The position numbers were made by a program, and so were the translations under genes. A stretch of 64,000 nucleotides of DNA, taken from an uncultured Solibacteraceae bacterium. GTDB lineage: Bacteria > Acidobacteriota > Vicinamibacteria > Vicinamibacterales > SCN-69-37. How positions within the stretch are numbered: position 1 is the stretch's first letter; the number at the start of each line of letters is the position of its first letter. The DNA lies in the NCBI GenBank assembly GCA_964419785.1, contig CAYQRM010000046.1, positions 9,473 to 73,472 of the forward strand. The letters are read 5' to 3'. Of this stretch, positions 1 to 8,608 are shown piece by piece. The notes beneath the pieces were generated by a model. It ran no database searches. It worked only from the letters and a program-made list of their open reading frames with translations, and was not told the origin of the DNA.

Positions 1-249
1 CGGCCGCACCGCAAAGCGTCGCGCTTCATCCACTCGATCCGCCGCGACGTCCGCCGGCTCGTCGCCGAGTGGGCTGGGTCGTATCAATACACGATCGATC
101 AGGTGATCGAGGACATGATCCAGCGCTGCAGCGAGTTGAACCTGCGCCTGAAATATCCCGAAGACCGGACGAAGCTGGATTTCACGATGCTCGTGACGGT
201 GCAAACGATGAATCATCTTCATTCGGGCCGGCACCGCGTTGCGCTGTAA
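1..249 (+). CDS. 3' end of an unidentified CDS (partial, enters from window start)
   Basis: Frame 1 is open from base 1 to TAA at 247-249. Translation looks coding (...SYQYTIDQVIEDMIQRCSELNLRLKYPEDRTKLDFTMLVTVQTMNHLHSGRHRVAL*). No family recognised. Confidence 0.45.
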   Translation, partial: RPHRKASRFIHSIRRDVRRLVAEWAGSYQYTIDQVIEDMIQRCSELNLRLKYPEDRTKLDFTMLVTVQTMNHLHSGRHRVAL

Positions 250-252
250 CTT

Positions 253-291
253 GAAAGTCGAGAAGTCGAAAAGTCGAAAGTCGAAAAGTGA
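253..291. repeat. Tandem AAGTCGA word array (4 copies, period 7-8)
   Basis: AAGTCGA at 255-261, 263-269, 271-277 and 278-284, between the upstream stop (249) and the GGAGGAGGA SD of the M28 gene. Confidence 0.8.
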
Positions 292-304
292 ACGGAGGAG
301 GACC

Positions 305-1675
305 GTGAGATCGATCGCCGTCGCCGTCGTCGCGTCAGCGCTCGGCACCATCACGCTGCTCGCGCAATCGCCCGCGTGGCTCGAACCGTACAAGCCCATC
401 GCGCAGAAGATCATCGCGCAGTCGCAATCAAGCGACTTCGCGTGGAAGCGGCTCGCGGAGCTGACCGACACCTACGGCAATCGTCTGTCCGGTTCGGCGA
501 CGCTCGAGCAAGCCATCGACTGGGCCGTCGGGACGATGAAAACCGACGGCCTCGAGAACGTGCACAAAGAGCGCGTGATGGTGCCGAAGTGGGTGCGCGG
601 GCACGAGAGCCTCGACCTCGTCGAGCCCGTCCGCCAGCCGCTCGTGATGCTCGGCCTCGGTAACTCCGTCGGCACGCCGCCCTCCGGCGTCGAGGCCGAC
701 GTCGTCATCGTCAAGAGCTTCGAGGATCTCGACCGGCACGCCGCCGACGTCAAAGGCAAGATCGTCCTCTTCAACGTGCCGTTCACTGACTACGGCCAGA
801 CGCGCCCGTATCGTTCGGACGCGCCATCGCGGGCGGCGAAGCTCGGCGCCGTCGCGACGCTCGTCCGGTCGGTGGGACCGGCGGGCTTGCGCACACCGCA
901 CACAGGCGGGCTCACCTACACGGCGGACGCACCGAAGATTCCCGCCGCCGCGGTGCCGACCGAAGACGCCGATCGGTTTCAGCGGCTGATCGATCGCGGC
1001 GTCCGCGTGCGGGTCCACCTGACGATGGACGCGCACTTCGATCCCGACTCGCCGTCCTACAACGTGATTGGCGAGCTTCGCGGCCGCGAGCTGCCGAACG
1101 AGATCGTCGTTGCCGGCGGGCACATCGATTCGTGGGACGTCGGGGCGGGCGCGAGCGATGACGGCGGCGGATGCATCGTCACCTGGGAGGCGCTGCGATT
1201 GATGAAGCAGCTCGGCCTGCGACCGCGGCGCACGGTCCGCGTCGTGCTGTTCGTGAACGAGGAGAACGGCGACAAGGGCGGCGAGGGCTATCGCGACGCC
1301 CATCAGGCTGAGCTCGCAAATCACGTCGTGCTGCTCGAGTCGGACGGCGGCGTCTTCGATCCCGCCGGCTTCGGCTACACCGGTCCCGAGCCGGCTCGCG
1401 CCACGATTGCGGCCATCGCGAGCCTGTTGTCGTCAATCGGCGCGACACAGGTCACCGCCGCGGGCGGCGGCACAGACATCGAGCCCGCCGCGACCGCCGG
1501 CAAGATCCCGATGCTCGGACATCTGTCGAACGGCGATTATTTCTTGATTCACCACACGCCGGCCGACACGATCGCGCGCATCACACCGAAGCAGGTGTCG
1601 GACAACGCGGCCGCGATCGCGGTGATGATCTACACGATTGCGGACCTGCCGTGGAAACTTGGACAGGAGAGGTGA
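305..1675 (+). CDS. M28 family metallopeptidase with PA domain, secreted
   Basis: Motifs GGHIDSWDVGAGASDDGGG, VNEENGDKGG and IHHTPADT. GTG at 305 is preceded by the SD GGAGGAGGA, and the signal-like N-terminus is VRSIAVAVVASALG. The track start at 239 reads through the tandem repeat. Confidence 0.9.
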   Translation: MRSIAVAVVASALGTITLLAQSPAWLEPYKPIAQKIIAQSQSSDFAWKRLAELTDTYGNRLSGSATLEQAIDWAVGTMKTDGLENVHKERVMVPKWVRGHESLDLVEPVRQPLVMLGLGNSVGTPPSGVEADVVIVKSFEDLDRHAADVKGKIVLFNVPFTDYGQTRPYRSDAPSRAAKLGAVATLVRSVGPAGLRTPHTGGLTYTADAPKIPAAAVPTEDADRFQRLIDRGVRVRVHLTMDAHFDPDSPSYNVIGELRGRELPNEIVVAGGHIDSWDVGAGASDDGGGCIVTWEALRLMKQLGLRPRRTVRVVLFVNEENGDKGGEGYRDAHQAELANHVVLLESDGGVFDPAGFGYTGPEPARATIAAIASLLSSIGATQVTAAGGGTDIEPAATAGKIPMLGHLSNGDYFLIHHTPADTIARITPKQVSDNAAAIAVMIYTIADLPWKLGQER

Positions 1676-1696
1676 CAGACAAACACAGGTGTCAAG

Positions 1697-1786
1697 TCAG
1701 AGGTCAGAGGTCAGAAGTCAGAGGTTCGGAAGATCACGCGTGCGCTCTGAACTTCGAACTTCTGGCTTCTGACTTCTGACGTGATC
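1697..1786. repeat. Imperfect inverted repeat of GAAGTCAGA-type words (arms about 1703-1732 / 1752-1780)
   Basis: Left arm is GTCAGAGGTCAGAAGTCAGAGGTTCGGAAG. The reverse complement of the right arm is GTCAGAAGTCAGAAGCCAGAAGTTCGAAG. Lies between convergent genes. Same word family as 50677-50807 and 53539-53643. Confidence 0.8.
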
Positions 1787-2692
1787 GGTCGTGTAAACCA
1801 AGTAGTCCGCGCGCGCTTGGTCTGTCGCATCGGGCGCGACATCCCCCAGGTTGTCGACGGGCCGCACGGTGATGACGACGACGCGCTTGCCGGGCAGGCG
1901 ACGCCTGGCCCGCTCGGCGGTCCCCAGGCCGAAATCCGAGTGAAACGCGCCGTTGAAGTGAATGACGATGGGCTTTGTGCCGCCGACCGCGCCCGTCCCG
2001 TATGCGCGCGCGACCGACTCGCCCATCGTTTCGTCCTTGAGGCATTGCGCGAAGTACGTGCGTTCGAGCGATTGACGGGCGGCCGCAATTGACGGCTCGC
2101 TGCTGCCGGCGGGCGCCGGATGGTCGCTCATCGCCTCGGCGAATCGTCTGAAGTACTCATCGTCGGTGGGACACTGCAGGTCTTTTGCAAACCACTGCTG
2201 CTCCTCCGCCGACTTGTCCTTGAGAATGTCGACGCCGCCCTTCGCGACTTCGGCGGCGATTCGGCGCGGCACGTTCGACGCGACGACCTCCCAGTTCTTC
2301 GAAATCGCGAAATCCACGAGCGGCTTGTAGTCGGTCGCGTAGTTCGGCCAGGGCCGGGCGACGCTGAGGAAGTCCTCTTCACTCGTGTGTCCCATCAGGA
2401 AGTGCTCGAACGGCTCCTGGACGTCGCGTTCGAACATCTCCATCGCGACGATCGCGTCCTGGCGCCGCGCGGCGACGCCCTGGAGGATCGCGAGCTCGAG
2501 CCGGTGGGTGTTCCGACTGTCGTGCTGCTCGCCGACGAACACGACGTCCGCCGTCGAAATATCGGTCAGCATCGCGTCCAGGTCCACGACTGCGCCCTTC
2601 GCGCTGTCGACGATCTTGAGGGGCACGTCCGGCGCCTGCGCCGCGAGCGCGCCGGCGCTGAGCATCACGACGAACATGGCGCGCGCGATCAT
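1718..2692 (-). CDS. ChaN-like (haem-binding uptake / Tiki superfamily) lipoprotein
   Basis: Signal peptide MIARAMFVVMLSAGALAAQA and motif VVFVGEQHDSRNTHRLE. The ATG overlaps the TerC stop (ATGA). The last ~20 codons (VRSQKPEVRSSERTRDLPNL) are encoded by the repeat element. Confidence 0.8.
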   Translation of the reverse strand: MIARAMFVVMLSAGALAAQAPDVPLKIVDSAKGAVVDLDAMLTDISTADVVFVGEQHDSRNTHRLELAILQGVAARRQDAIVAMEMFERDVQEPFEHFLMGHTSEEDFLSVARPWPNYATDYKPLVDFAISKNWEVVASNVPRRIAAEVAKGGVDILKDKSAEEQQWFAKDLQCPTDDEYFRRFAEAMSDHPAPAGSSEPSIAAARQSLERTYFAQCLKDETMGESVARAYGTGAVGGTKPIVIHFNGAFHSDFGLGTAERARRRLPGKRVVVITVRPVDNLGDVAPDATDQARADYLVYTTDHVRSQKPEVRSSERTRDLPNL

Positions 2693-3411
2693 TTGTCCTC
2701 GATCGATGCGTGCAGATGCACCGGGTGGGCCCTGCCGCGGATTCGGATGTTGATCATCTCGACGAACACGGAGAAGCCCATCGCAAAGTAGATATACCGC
2801 TTGTCGATGTGCTGCCCGAAACCATCGGCGATGAGGGAAAGGCCGATGAGCAGCAGAAACGACAGCGCCAGAATCTTGATCGTCGGGTGCACGTCGACGA
2901 ACGCGCTGATTGGTTCAGTCGCGATCAACATGAGCAGCACGGCGAGCACGATCGCGGTGACCATCACCCACAGCACGTTGGCCATGCCCACGGCGGTGAT
3001 CACCGAGTCGAGCGAAAACACGATGTCGAGGATCATCACCTGGGTGATCACGCTGGCGAACGACGCGGCCTGACGGGTGGGGCCATGCTCGCTGCCTTCG
3101 AGCTTGTCGTGAATTTCGTACGTCGCCTTGCCGAGCAGGAACAAGCCGCCGCCGATCAGGATAATGTCTCGCCCGGAGATGCCGCGGCCGAAGAGCACGA
3201 CGAAGGGCTCGGTGAGATTCGCGATCCAGTTGAGCGACAGCAGCAGCAAGATCCGCGTGATCATCGCCCCGAGCAACCCGATGCGGCGCGCGCGTTTCTG
3301 GACGGCCTTCGGCAGCTTCGCCGACAGGATCGAGATGAAAATGATGTTGTCGACACCCAGGACGACTTCGAGGACCGTCAGGGTGACGAGCGCAACGAGG
3401 AGTTCAGTCAT
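2689..3411 (-). CDS. TerC family integral membrane protein
   Basis: MTELLVALVTLTVLEVVLGVDNIIFISIL... with multiple TM segments. ATG at 3411 overlaps the upstream stop (ATGA). The track start at 3570 would overlap the upstream gene by 160 nt. Confidence 0.9.
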   Translation of the reverse strand: MTELLVALVTLTVLEVVLGVDNIIFISILSAKLPKAVQKRARRIGLLGAMITRILLLLSLNWIANLTEPFVVLFGRGISGRDIILIGGGLFLLGKATYEIHDKLEGSEHGPTRQAASFASVITQVMILDIVFSLDSVITAVGMANVLWVMVTAIVLAVLLMLIATEPISAFVDVHPTIKILALSFLLLIGLSLIADGFGQHIDKRYIYFAMGFSVFVEMINIRIRGRAHPVHLHASIEDK

Positions 3412-5555
3412 CGAGACGCGCCTCGCAGAATCCGTACTTCGAGAGTCGCCGCGCCGGCGTTCTGAAAATACTCCAACCGGAGGCGGTGCCGTCCACCGGC
3501 GAGCGGACGATGATCTTCCTTCGCGCCGTGAATCGACCAGTCCTCGAGAATCAACCGATCGTCGAGCCACACGCGAATGCCGTCGTCGCTCGTGACTGAC
3601 AGGTCGTAGGTGCCCGCCGGCAGCGTCACCTCGCCCTCGGCCCGTACGCCGATGTGGTCCGCAAAGCCGTCGCCGAACGCTTGCGCATTCGCGTAGTCGA
3701 GATGGGACAGATGCTCGCTGCGGACGGGCGGCGTCGCGAGCCTGGCATCAAACGCCGCGCGGGCCGTCAGCGGATCGGACGCGGCGTCGAACTTCCAGAA
3801 TGCGACGGTCCAATCGATGGCCGGATCGAACAACGCGTACCTCACGGGAACCGGCTCGCCCGCCGCGATCACCTGCCCGCGCGGCGTGACGACGCGCGCG
3901 CCGCGGTATTCCAGTTCGAGGCTCAGGTCTGCTCCTGCGTTCGGCGTGGTCAGCTTGATCTCGCCTGGCACGACGCCCGATGAGGCCGACGCCGTGGCGC
4001 CACGGATCGACTTGACCGTCCACCTTCCTTCCGGCCCGAGCACTCGAAGCGTCAGCGGCCGATCCGTCGGCTTGCCCGAGGGCCAGAGCTTGGGCGAAAG
4101 ATAGTCGTACGGGCCCCAGTCGTCGACGATGATCGTCGCGCGGCCGCGGCGCGCGCCGTCGGGGAGCATCGCGTTCATGCCGGCTGATAGCCGGTCGGGT
4201 ACTGGCGACATGCGCTCGACAGATGGACGCGGCTGGTCGACAAAGTCGGGAACTCCTTCACCCTTCTGCACAAGGGTGCCGACGTGGTTGGCCTTGTTCG
4301 ACGCGAAACGGACGTCCCCGGTCCGCAGCACGTTCAATGCCGTCTTGTTGTCTTCGAAGGTGTTGTTGTCGATCTCGTAGCCCAAGCTGCGCGTGTCGCG
4401 CGCCTTGGCATAACCCAAGTTCGGGTCCTGCGTGACGTTTGCCCACAGACGAATCGCGGTTTGATCTCGCCTGAAGCCATTGCCCGTAATGCGGATCTTC
4501 TGCCCGTGCTCGATGGCGATGCCGTCCGTGTTGTCGGAGAATGCGTTCCCATCGATATCAGTGTCGTAACTGTAGCCACCCCAGATGCCGTGCCAGCAAT
4601 CGCTGATAAGGTTGTTGACGATCTTGTTCCGGCTGAACGTGGCTTCGATGCCATTCGCCACGGCACTGCTCACATCGTTCCCGTAGAACACGTTGTCGTT
4701 CGCGCCGCCCTGTCCCGTGTCCATCGTCGACTGGCCCGCCCACAGAAACACGCCGTCGCCGCCGTGCGTGATCGAGTTGTAGGCGACGATGTTGCGGCTC
4801 GTCTGCTCGAACATGAGCAGGCCAGCGGAGTCCTGGCCGCGGTTGTAGAAGCCGTGGCTGTAGCCGCGCACGTCGTAGTCGAGCCGATTGTGCATCACGC
4901 GGCTGTCGGTGGTGCGATACATCCCGATGCCGAGACCGGACATCCACGAGAACGTGTTGTTCCAGATCTTCGCGCGCGCCGACCTCGTTACGAGCAGCCC
5001 GTTCTGGCCCTGAACGGCTCGATTGTTGTCGATCTCCGCGTCGTCCGACTCTGCGACGTAGATCCCCGCGCCGTAGCGCAACCACTCGTCCTGCTCGTTG
5101 TGGTGATACGTCAGCCAGTCGGCAGCGTTCTCGTGCTCGATGCCGCTCAGCAGGCGCGGTTTCCAGTTGTAGCTGAAGTCGCCGCCGGTGATGTGCAGCC
5201 CGGACGCTTTACGCGCGAGCACGCCGACCTTGTAGCCGCGAATTGCGCCACCGCGGATCGTGACGTGGCGGCCGCCGTCCACGAGCACGCCGACGCCAGT
5301 GTAGCCGTCCGGATCGGCGAGCGGATCGCCGCCTTCGAGCGTCACGCCGGTGAGATCGACGGTGATGTCTTCGCCGCGAATCACGAGCGCGGGCGCCTCG
5401 AGCGATCGGCTCGCGAGGCGATACGTGCCCGGACGCAGACGTATCGAGTGATCGATGACCATGCCGGGCGCAGGCGCGACAGACGTCTGCTTCGCCCCGA
5501 GCGACGCGACGCCAGCCGCCACCAGCACCGCTGCCAGTCTCACGTAGTCAGCCAC
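3408..5555 (-). CDS. Secreted right-handed beta-helix repeat protein with C-terminal PA14-like domain
   Basis: N-terminal signal peptide. Repeated beta-helix turns (VTIRGGAIRG.., NNRAVQGQNGLLV, NNTFSW.., GNDVSS.., NNLISD..). C-terminus GTYDLSVTSDDGIRVWLDDRLILEDW...RLEYFQNAG resembles PA14. Confidence 0.8.
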   Translation of the reverse strand: MADYVRLAAVLVAAGVASLGAKQTSVAPAPGMVIDHSIRLRPGTYRLASRSLEAPALVIRGEDITVDLTGVTLEGGDPLADPDGYTGVGVLVDGGRHVTIRGGAIRGYKVGVLARKASGLHITGGDFSYNWKPRLLSGIEHENAADWLTYHHNEQDEWLRYGAGIYVAESDDAEIDNNRAVQGQNGLLVTRSARAKIWNNTFSWMSGLGIGMYRTTDSRVMHNRLDYDVRGYSHGFYNRGQDSAGLLMFEQTSRNIVAYNSITHGGDGVFLWAGQSTMDTGQGGANDNVFYGNDVSSAVANGIEATFSRNKIVNNLISDCWHGIWGGYSYDTDIDGNAFSDNTDGIAIEHGQKIRITGNGFRRDQTAIRLWANVTQDPNLGYAKARDTRSLGYEIDNNTFEDNKTALNVLRTGDVRFASNKANHVGTLVQKGEGVPDFVDQPRPSVERMSPVPDRLSAGMNAMLPDGARRGRATIIVDDWGPYDYLSPKLWPSGKPTDRPLTLRVLGPEGRWTVKSIRGATASASSGVVPGEIKLTTPNAGADLSLELEYRGARVVTPRGQVIAAGEPVPVRYALFDPAIDWTVAFWKFDAASDPLTARAAFDARLATPPVRSEHLSHLDYANAQAFGDGFADHIGVRAEGEVTLPAGTYDLSVTSDDGIRVWLDDRLILEDWSIHGAKEDHRPLAGGRHRLRLEYFQNAGAATLEVRILRGASR

Positions 5556-5645
5556 TGCGTCACTTGTCTCATTTCGTTACCGGTCGTGTGCCTCGACGGC
5601 GCCACCGGTCAGGCCCGGCTTCGCCAAGCTGGGCCAGACCCGCGC

Positions 5646-7697
5646 TCAAACTGCGAATACGTCAGCGCGCCACTCGATCCCCAGCTCCGACGGCGGCGCC
5701 ATGTAGCCGACGAGCGCCGAGGCCGCGACGACGGCAGGACTCGCGAGATAACCCTCGCCGCCAAGCCCCATGCGATTCTGCCAATTTCGATTGAACGACG
5801 TGATCGCGCGCTGACCGGCCGTGAGCGAGTCTTCGCCCTGGCCGAAGCACGGCCCGCACCACGATTGCCGAATCACCGCGCCGGCGCCGCGGAACACGTT
5901 CGCGATCGACTCGCCGCCGAGCCGCTGATCAGGCCGCTCGATCTCGCGTCCGACGCCGCCCGATCCCGGAAACACCTTGAACTCGCGCGTCGCTTTCGTC
6001 ACGCCGTGCGAGGCGGCCGCACGAATGACGAGCGCGGCCTGCAGCAGATCGTCATAGCTGCCGTTCGTGCAGGACCCGATCAGCGCCTTGTCGAACGTCA
6101 GCCGCTCGCGCGCGACCTCCTCAGCCGGAAACGCATTGCCCGGGCTGAACGGCTTCGCGATCATGGGCGCCACCGTCGAGAGATCGAACATCTCGTCGAT
6201 CTCGTACACGGCGTTCGCACCGGGCGCGACCGGCGGGTACGGCAGATCGCGCAGGCCTTTCGCGCGGTACCAGCCGAGCGTGATCTCGTCGGGCGCGAAG
6301 ACGCCATTGAGCGCCTCGGCCTCGGCCATCATGTTCGCGATCGTGTTGCGCGACACCATCGGCAGCTGCTTGCCCGCGTCAACGAACTCGACCGACATGC
6401 CCTGCGACTGCTTCGCGCCCCATCTGCGCAAGAGCTCGAGGACGATGTCCTTGCCGCCGACCCACGGGTTGAGCTTGCCCGTGAACACGACGCGCCGCTG
6501 CTTCGCCAGCGTGAAATAGATGTAGCCCGTCGCCCATCCAAATCCCAGGGTCGTCGATCCCACGCCGATGCCGACGGCCCCGTACGCACCGTAAGCGCGG
6601 CTGTGCGAATCGGCGCCGGGAATGAACTGGCCCGGCAGCACGAGGCCCTGTTCGGGAAAATAGAAATGGAAGATGCCGTCGCCTGGCGTGGCGTAGTACG
6701 GCTTTCTCATGTCATTGGCCGCGGCGAACTCGCGGCCGATCGACGTCTGCTTTTCGTCTTCGTCCTTGCCCGTAAAGACGAAATGGTCGTTCGCGACGGC
6801 GGCCTGCCGGGGAAAGATCGTGTTGCCGCCGGTGATCTGGTTGAACGTGTGGATCGCAAACGGCGCCGTGCCGTCCGAGGCTGGCAGCAAATCGGCGAGC
6901 ACGCGCAGCGTCGCACCCGGCTTGAATTCATGCCGCGCGAGGCCGCGATCGACGCGATGCGCCCACACGATCTGCTCGGTCGTCGTCATCGCGCGCGCGA
7001 GGCTCTCGTCGGGCCAGTCGAGCGTGGGTTTGGCGGCGACCGACGACTTGAACTCGCGACGCCCGACGGCAAAGATTCCGCCGCTGCGCCTGATTTCCTC
7101 TTCCTTCGGCGAGAGCGCGACCGGCGTGTAGCGCTTGCCCTGCGTGACGTTCTCAATGGCGCGCGAAACGGCATCGAACGTGAACTCGTCTCCGTCCTTT
7201 GCGTCGGCCACCGCTTCGGGGCACTGAACGACGTGAAGGCCGAGGTTGAACGAATTGCGACGGAAGATGTCGCCCATGTTCTGTCCGCAGATGATGACCA
7301 TCTCGCGGCCGACCTCCTCCGCGACGGCCTTGAGCCCGGCCGGACTCATCTCACGTGACGATCCAATCGCAAAACGGTCCCCCGCGATGAGGAACGTTTC
7401 GCCGCGGTGCACGCGGGCGCGAAAGTCGGGCATCAGGTAGCGAAACGCGCCGACTTTCCAGCGCAGGTCGAGCGTCTCGAGACTCTCCGAGACACAGTCG
7501 GCCGCCGGCGTGATCTGATCGGTGTCGATCGCGTCGAGCTTCTTCGTTCCGGGCGCCGCCTTCGGGTCCCAGAAAATGAGCGCGCGGCCGCGCACGACGT
7601 GCGTCGAGCGGCTTCCGACGGCGGGTGCGGGCCCCGGGTCGGTCAGGCTCTCGAGCGTGACGCCCGGCTTCATCCGTGCGGAATCGATCCGTTGCAT
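5646..7697 (-). CDS. Aconitase-superfamily hydratase with permuted domain order (LeuD-like swivel domain N-terminal, LeuC-like domains C-terminal)
   Basis: N-terminal part: GDRFAIGSSREMSPAGL...IFRRNSFNLGL (small-subunit-like). C-terminal part: GADSHS, IGSCTNGSYDDL and WCGPCFGQG (Fe-S ligand motifs). Confidence 0.85.
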   Translation of the reverse strand: MQRIDSARMKPGVTLESLTDPGPAPAVGSRSTHVVRGRALIFWDPKAAPGTKKLDAIDTDQITPAADCVSESLETLDLRWKVGAFRYLMPDFRARVHRGETFLIAGDRFAIGSSREMSPAGLKAVAEEVGREMVIICGQNMGDIFRRNSFNLGLHVVQCPEAVADAKDGDEFTFDAVSRAIENVTQGKRYTPVALSPKEEEIRRSGGIFAVGRREFKSSVAAKPTLDWPDESLARAMTTTEQIVWAHRVDRGLARHEFKPGATLRVLADLLPASDGTAPFAIHTFNQITGGNTIFPRQAAVANDHFVFTGKDEDEKQTSIGREFAAANDMRKPYYATPGDGIFHFYFPEQGLVLPGQFIPGADSHSRAYGAYGAVGIGVGSTTLGFGWATGYIYFTLAKQRRVVFTGKLNPWVGGKDIVLELLRRWGAKQSQGMSVEFVDAGKQLPMVSRNTIANMMAEAEALNGVFAPDEITLGWYRAKGLRDLPYPPVAPGANAVYEIDEMFDLSTVAPMIAKPFSPGNAFPAEEVARERLTFDKALIGSCTNGSYDDLLQAALVIRAAASHGVTKATREFKVFPGSGGVGREIERPDQRLGGESIANVFRGAGAVIRQSWCGPCFGQGEDSLTAGQRAITSFNRNWQNRMGLGGEGYLASPAVVAASALVGYMAPPSELGIEWRADVFAV

Positions 7698-7709
7698 ACC
7701 GGAAGCTTA

Positions 7710-7922
7710 TCAGTCAGCCCCGGTTCCGGAGTCACGACGCTCGTAGCCCTCGCAGGCGAGCACGGGTAGCGCCGGATATCGGCGAAATCGGGAATCGGTC
7801 TTCGAGAGCTCACACATAATGAACCGGCTGCCGCGATCGCTCGTGATCACGCGAACATGCCGGCACGAGTCGCACAGGCCCGCGGGAATCGCACCTTGCC
7901 GCCGTTCGTCACGATCGTTCAT
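7710..7922 (-). CDS. Small Cys-rich conserved hypothetical protein
   Basis: MNDRDERRQGAIPAGLCDSCRHVRVITSDRGSRFIMCELSKTDSRFRRYPALPVLACEGYE contains CxxC...C...C. ATG at 7922 lies 8 bp from the divergent apaG start. Confidence 0.6.
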   Translation of the reverse strand: MNDRDERRQGAIPAGLCDSCRHVRVITSDRGSRFIMCELSKTDSRFRRYPALPVLACEGYERRDSGTGAD

Positions 7923-7930
7923 GATGGCGC

Positions 7931-8317
7931 ATGCCCTTGTCAGAAGCGACGACGCTCGGCGTGAAGGTCCAGGTGGTCTCGGAGTACGACCCCGAACGCT
8001 CACGCCCGCTCGAGCATCAGTGGTTCTTCCGCTACACGATCACGATCACGAATCAGAAACCCGAGACCGTGCAGCTGCTCTCGCGTCACTGGATTATCAC
8101 CGACGGCCGCGGCAAGATCGACGAGGTGCGCGGGCTCGGCGTCGTCGGCCAGCAGCCCGCGATCGAGCCAGGCGAGTCATACACGTACTCGTCTGGCGCT
8201 TCGCTCCAGACGTCATCCGGCAAGATGGAAGGCACGTACCAGATGGCCGCGCAGTCGGGACAGCTGTTCGACGTCAAGATCGCACGGTTCGCACTCGAGC
8301 AGACGACAGTGCACTGA
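7931..8317 (+). CDS. apaG: ApaG (DUF525) protein
   Basis: Full-length match to the ApaG pattern: ...FFRYTITITNQKPETVQLLSRHWIITDGRGKIDEVRGLGVVGQQPAIEPGESYTYSSG... Confidence 0.92.
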   Translation: MPLSEATTLGVKVQVVSEYDPERSRPLEHQWFFRYTITITNQKPETVQLLSRHWIITDGRGKIDEVRGLGVVGQQPAIEPGESYTYSSGASLQTSSGKMEGTYQMAAQSGQLFDVKIARFALEQTTVH

Positions 8318-8335
8318 GCCGGGACGGGCCCTGCG

Positions 8336-8598
8336 TTCATGTCCCTCCAGAAATCATGAAGGCAGTGAAGGTAATGAAGCTCATGAAGCGGACGTGAGCG
8401 CCGTCGATCTGGCGGCGGCCGCAGGCGGCCTGGCGAGCGAGCAGAAAGGTCGCAGAAACACAAGCCGCAACGTCCACCTCGGGCTTGTGTTTCTACGACC
8501 TTTCTGCTCGCTCGCGCCCGGCTTCGCCGGGCCGCCAGATCGACGGCGCGGTCGAGCCTGCCTTCATGTCCTTCAATTCCTTCAGGACCTTCATGTGA
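8336..8598. repeat. ~260-bp composite imperfect palindrome (arms ~125 nt) between convergent apaG and aat
   Basis: Centre is near 8474. Inner arm GAGCGAGCAGAAAGGTCGCAGAAACACAAGCC pairs with GGCTTGTGTTTCTACGACCTTTCTGCTCGCTC. Middle GCGCCGTCGATCTGGCGGC pairs with GCCGCCAGATCGACGGCGC. Outer arms are CATGAAGG-type words (8355-8388 / 8562-8595). Confidence 0.9.
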
Positions 8599-8608
8599 TG
8601 TTCTTGCC

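Noticed and set aside
4284-7358. Very long antisense ORF (1024 aa) and dozens of other 60-540-aa ORFs on the strand opposite well-supported genes (e.g. 18483..20096 -, 36044..37420 -, 50793..52472 -, 55343..56716 -, 57124..59187 -).
   Set aside because: Their translations are Arg/Ala/Pro/Gly-rich with no family resemblance. They lie antisense to genes with unmistakable family motifs. Stop codons are rare in such GC-rich DNA, so long spurious ORFs are expected.
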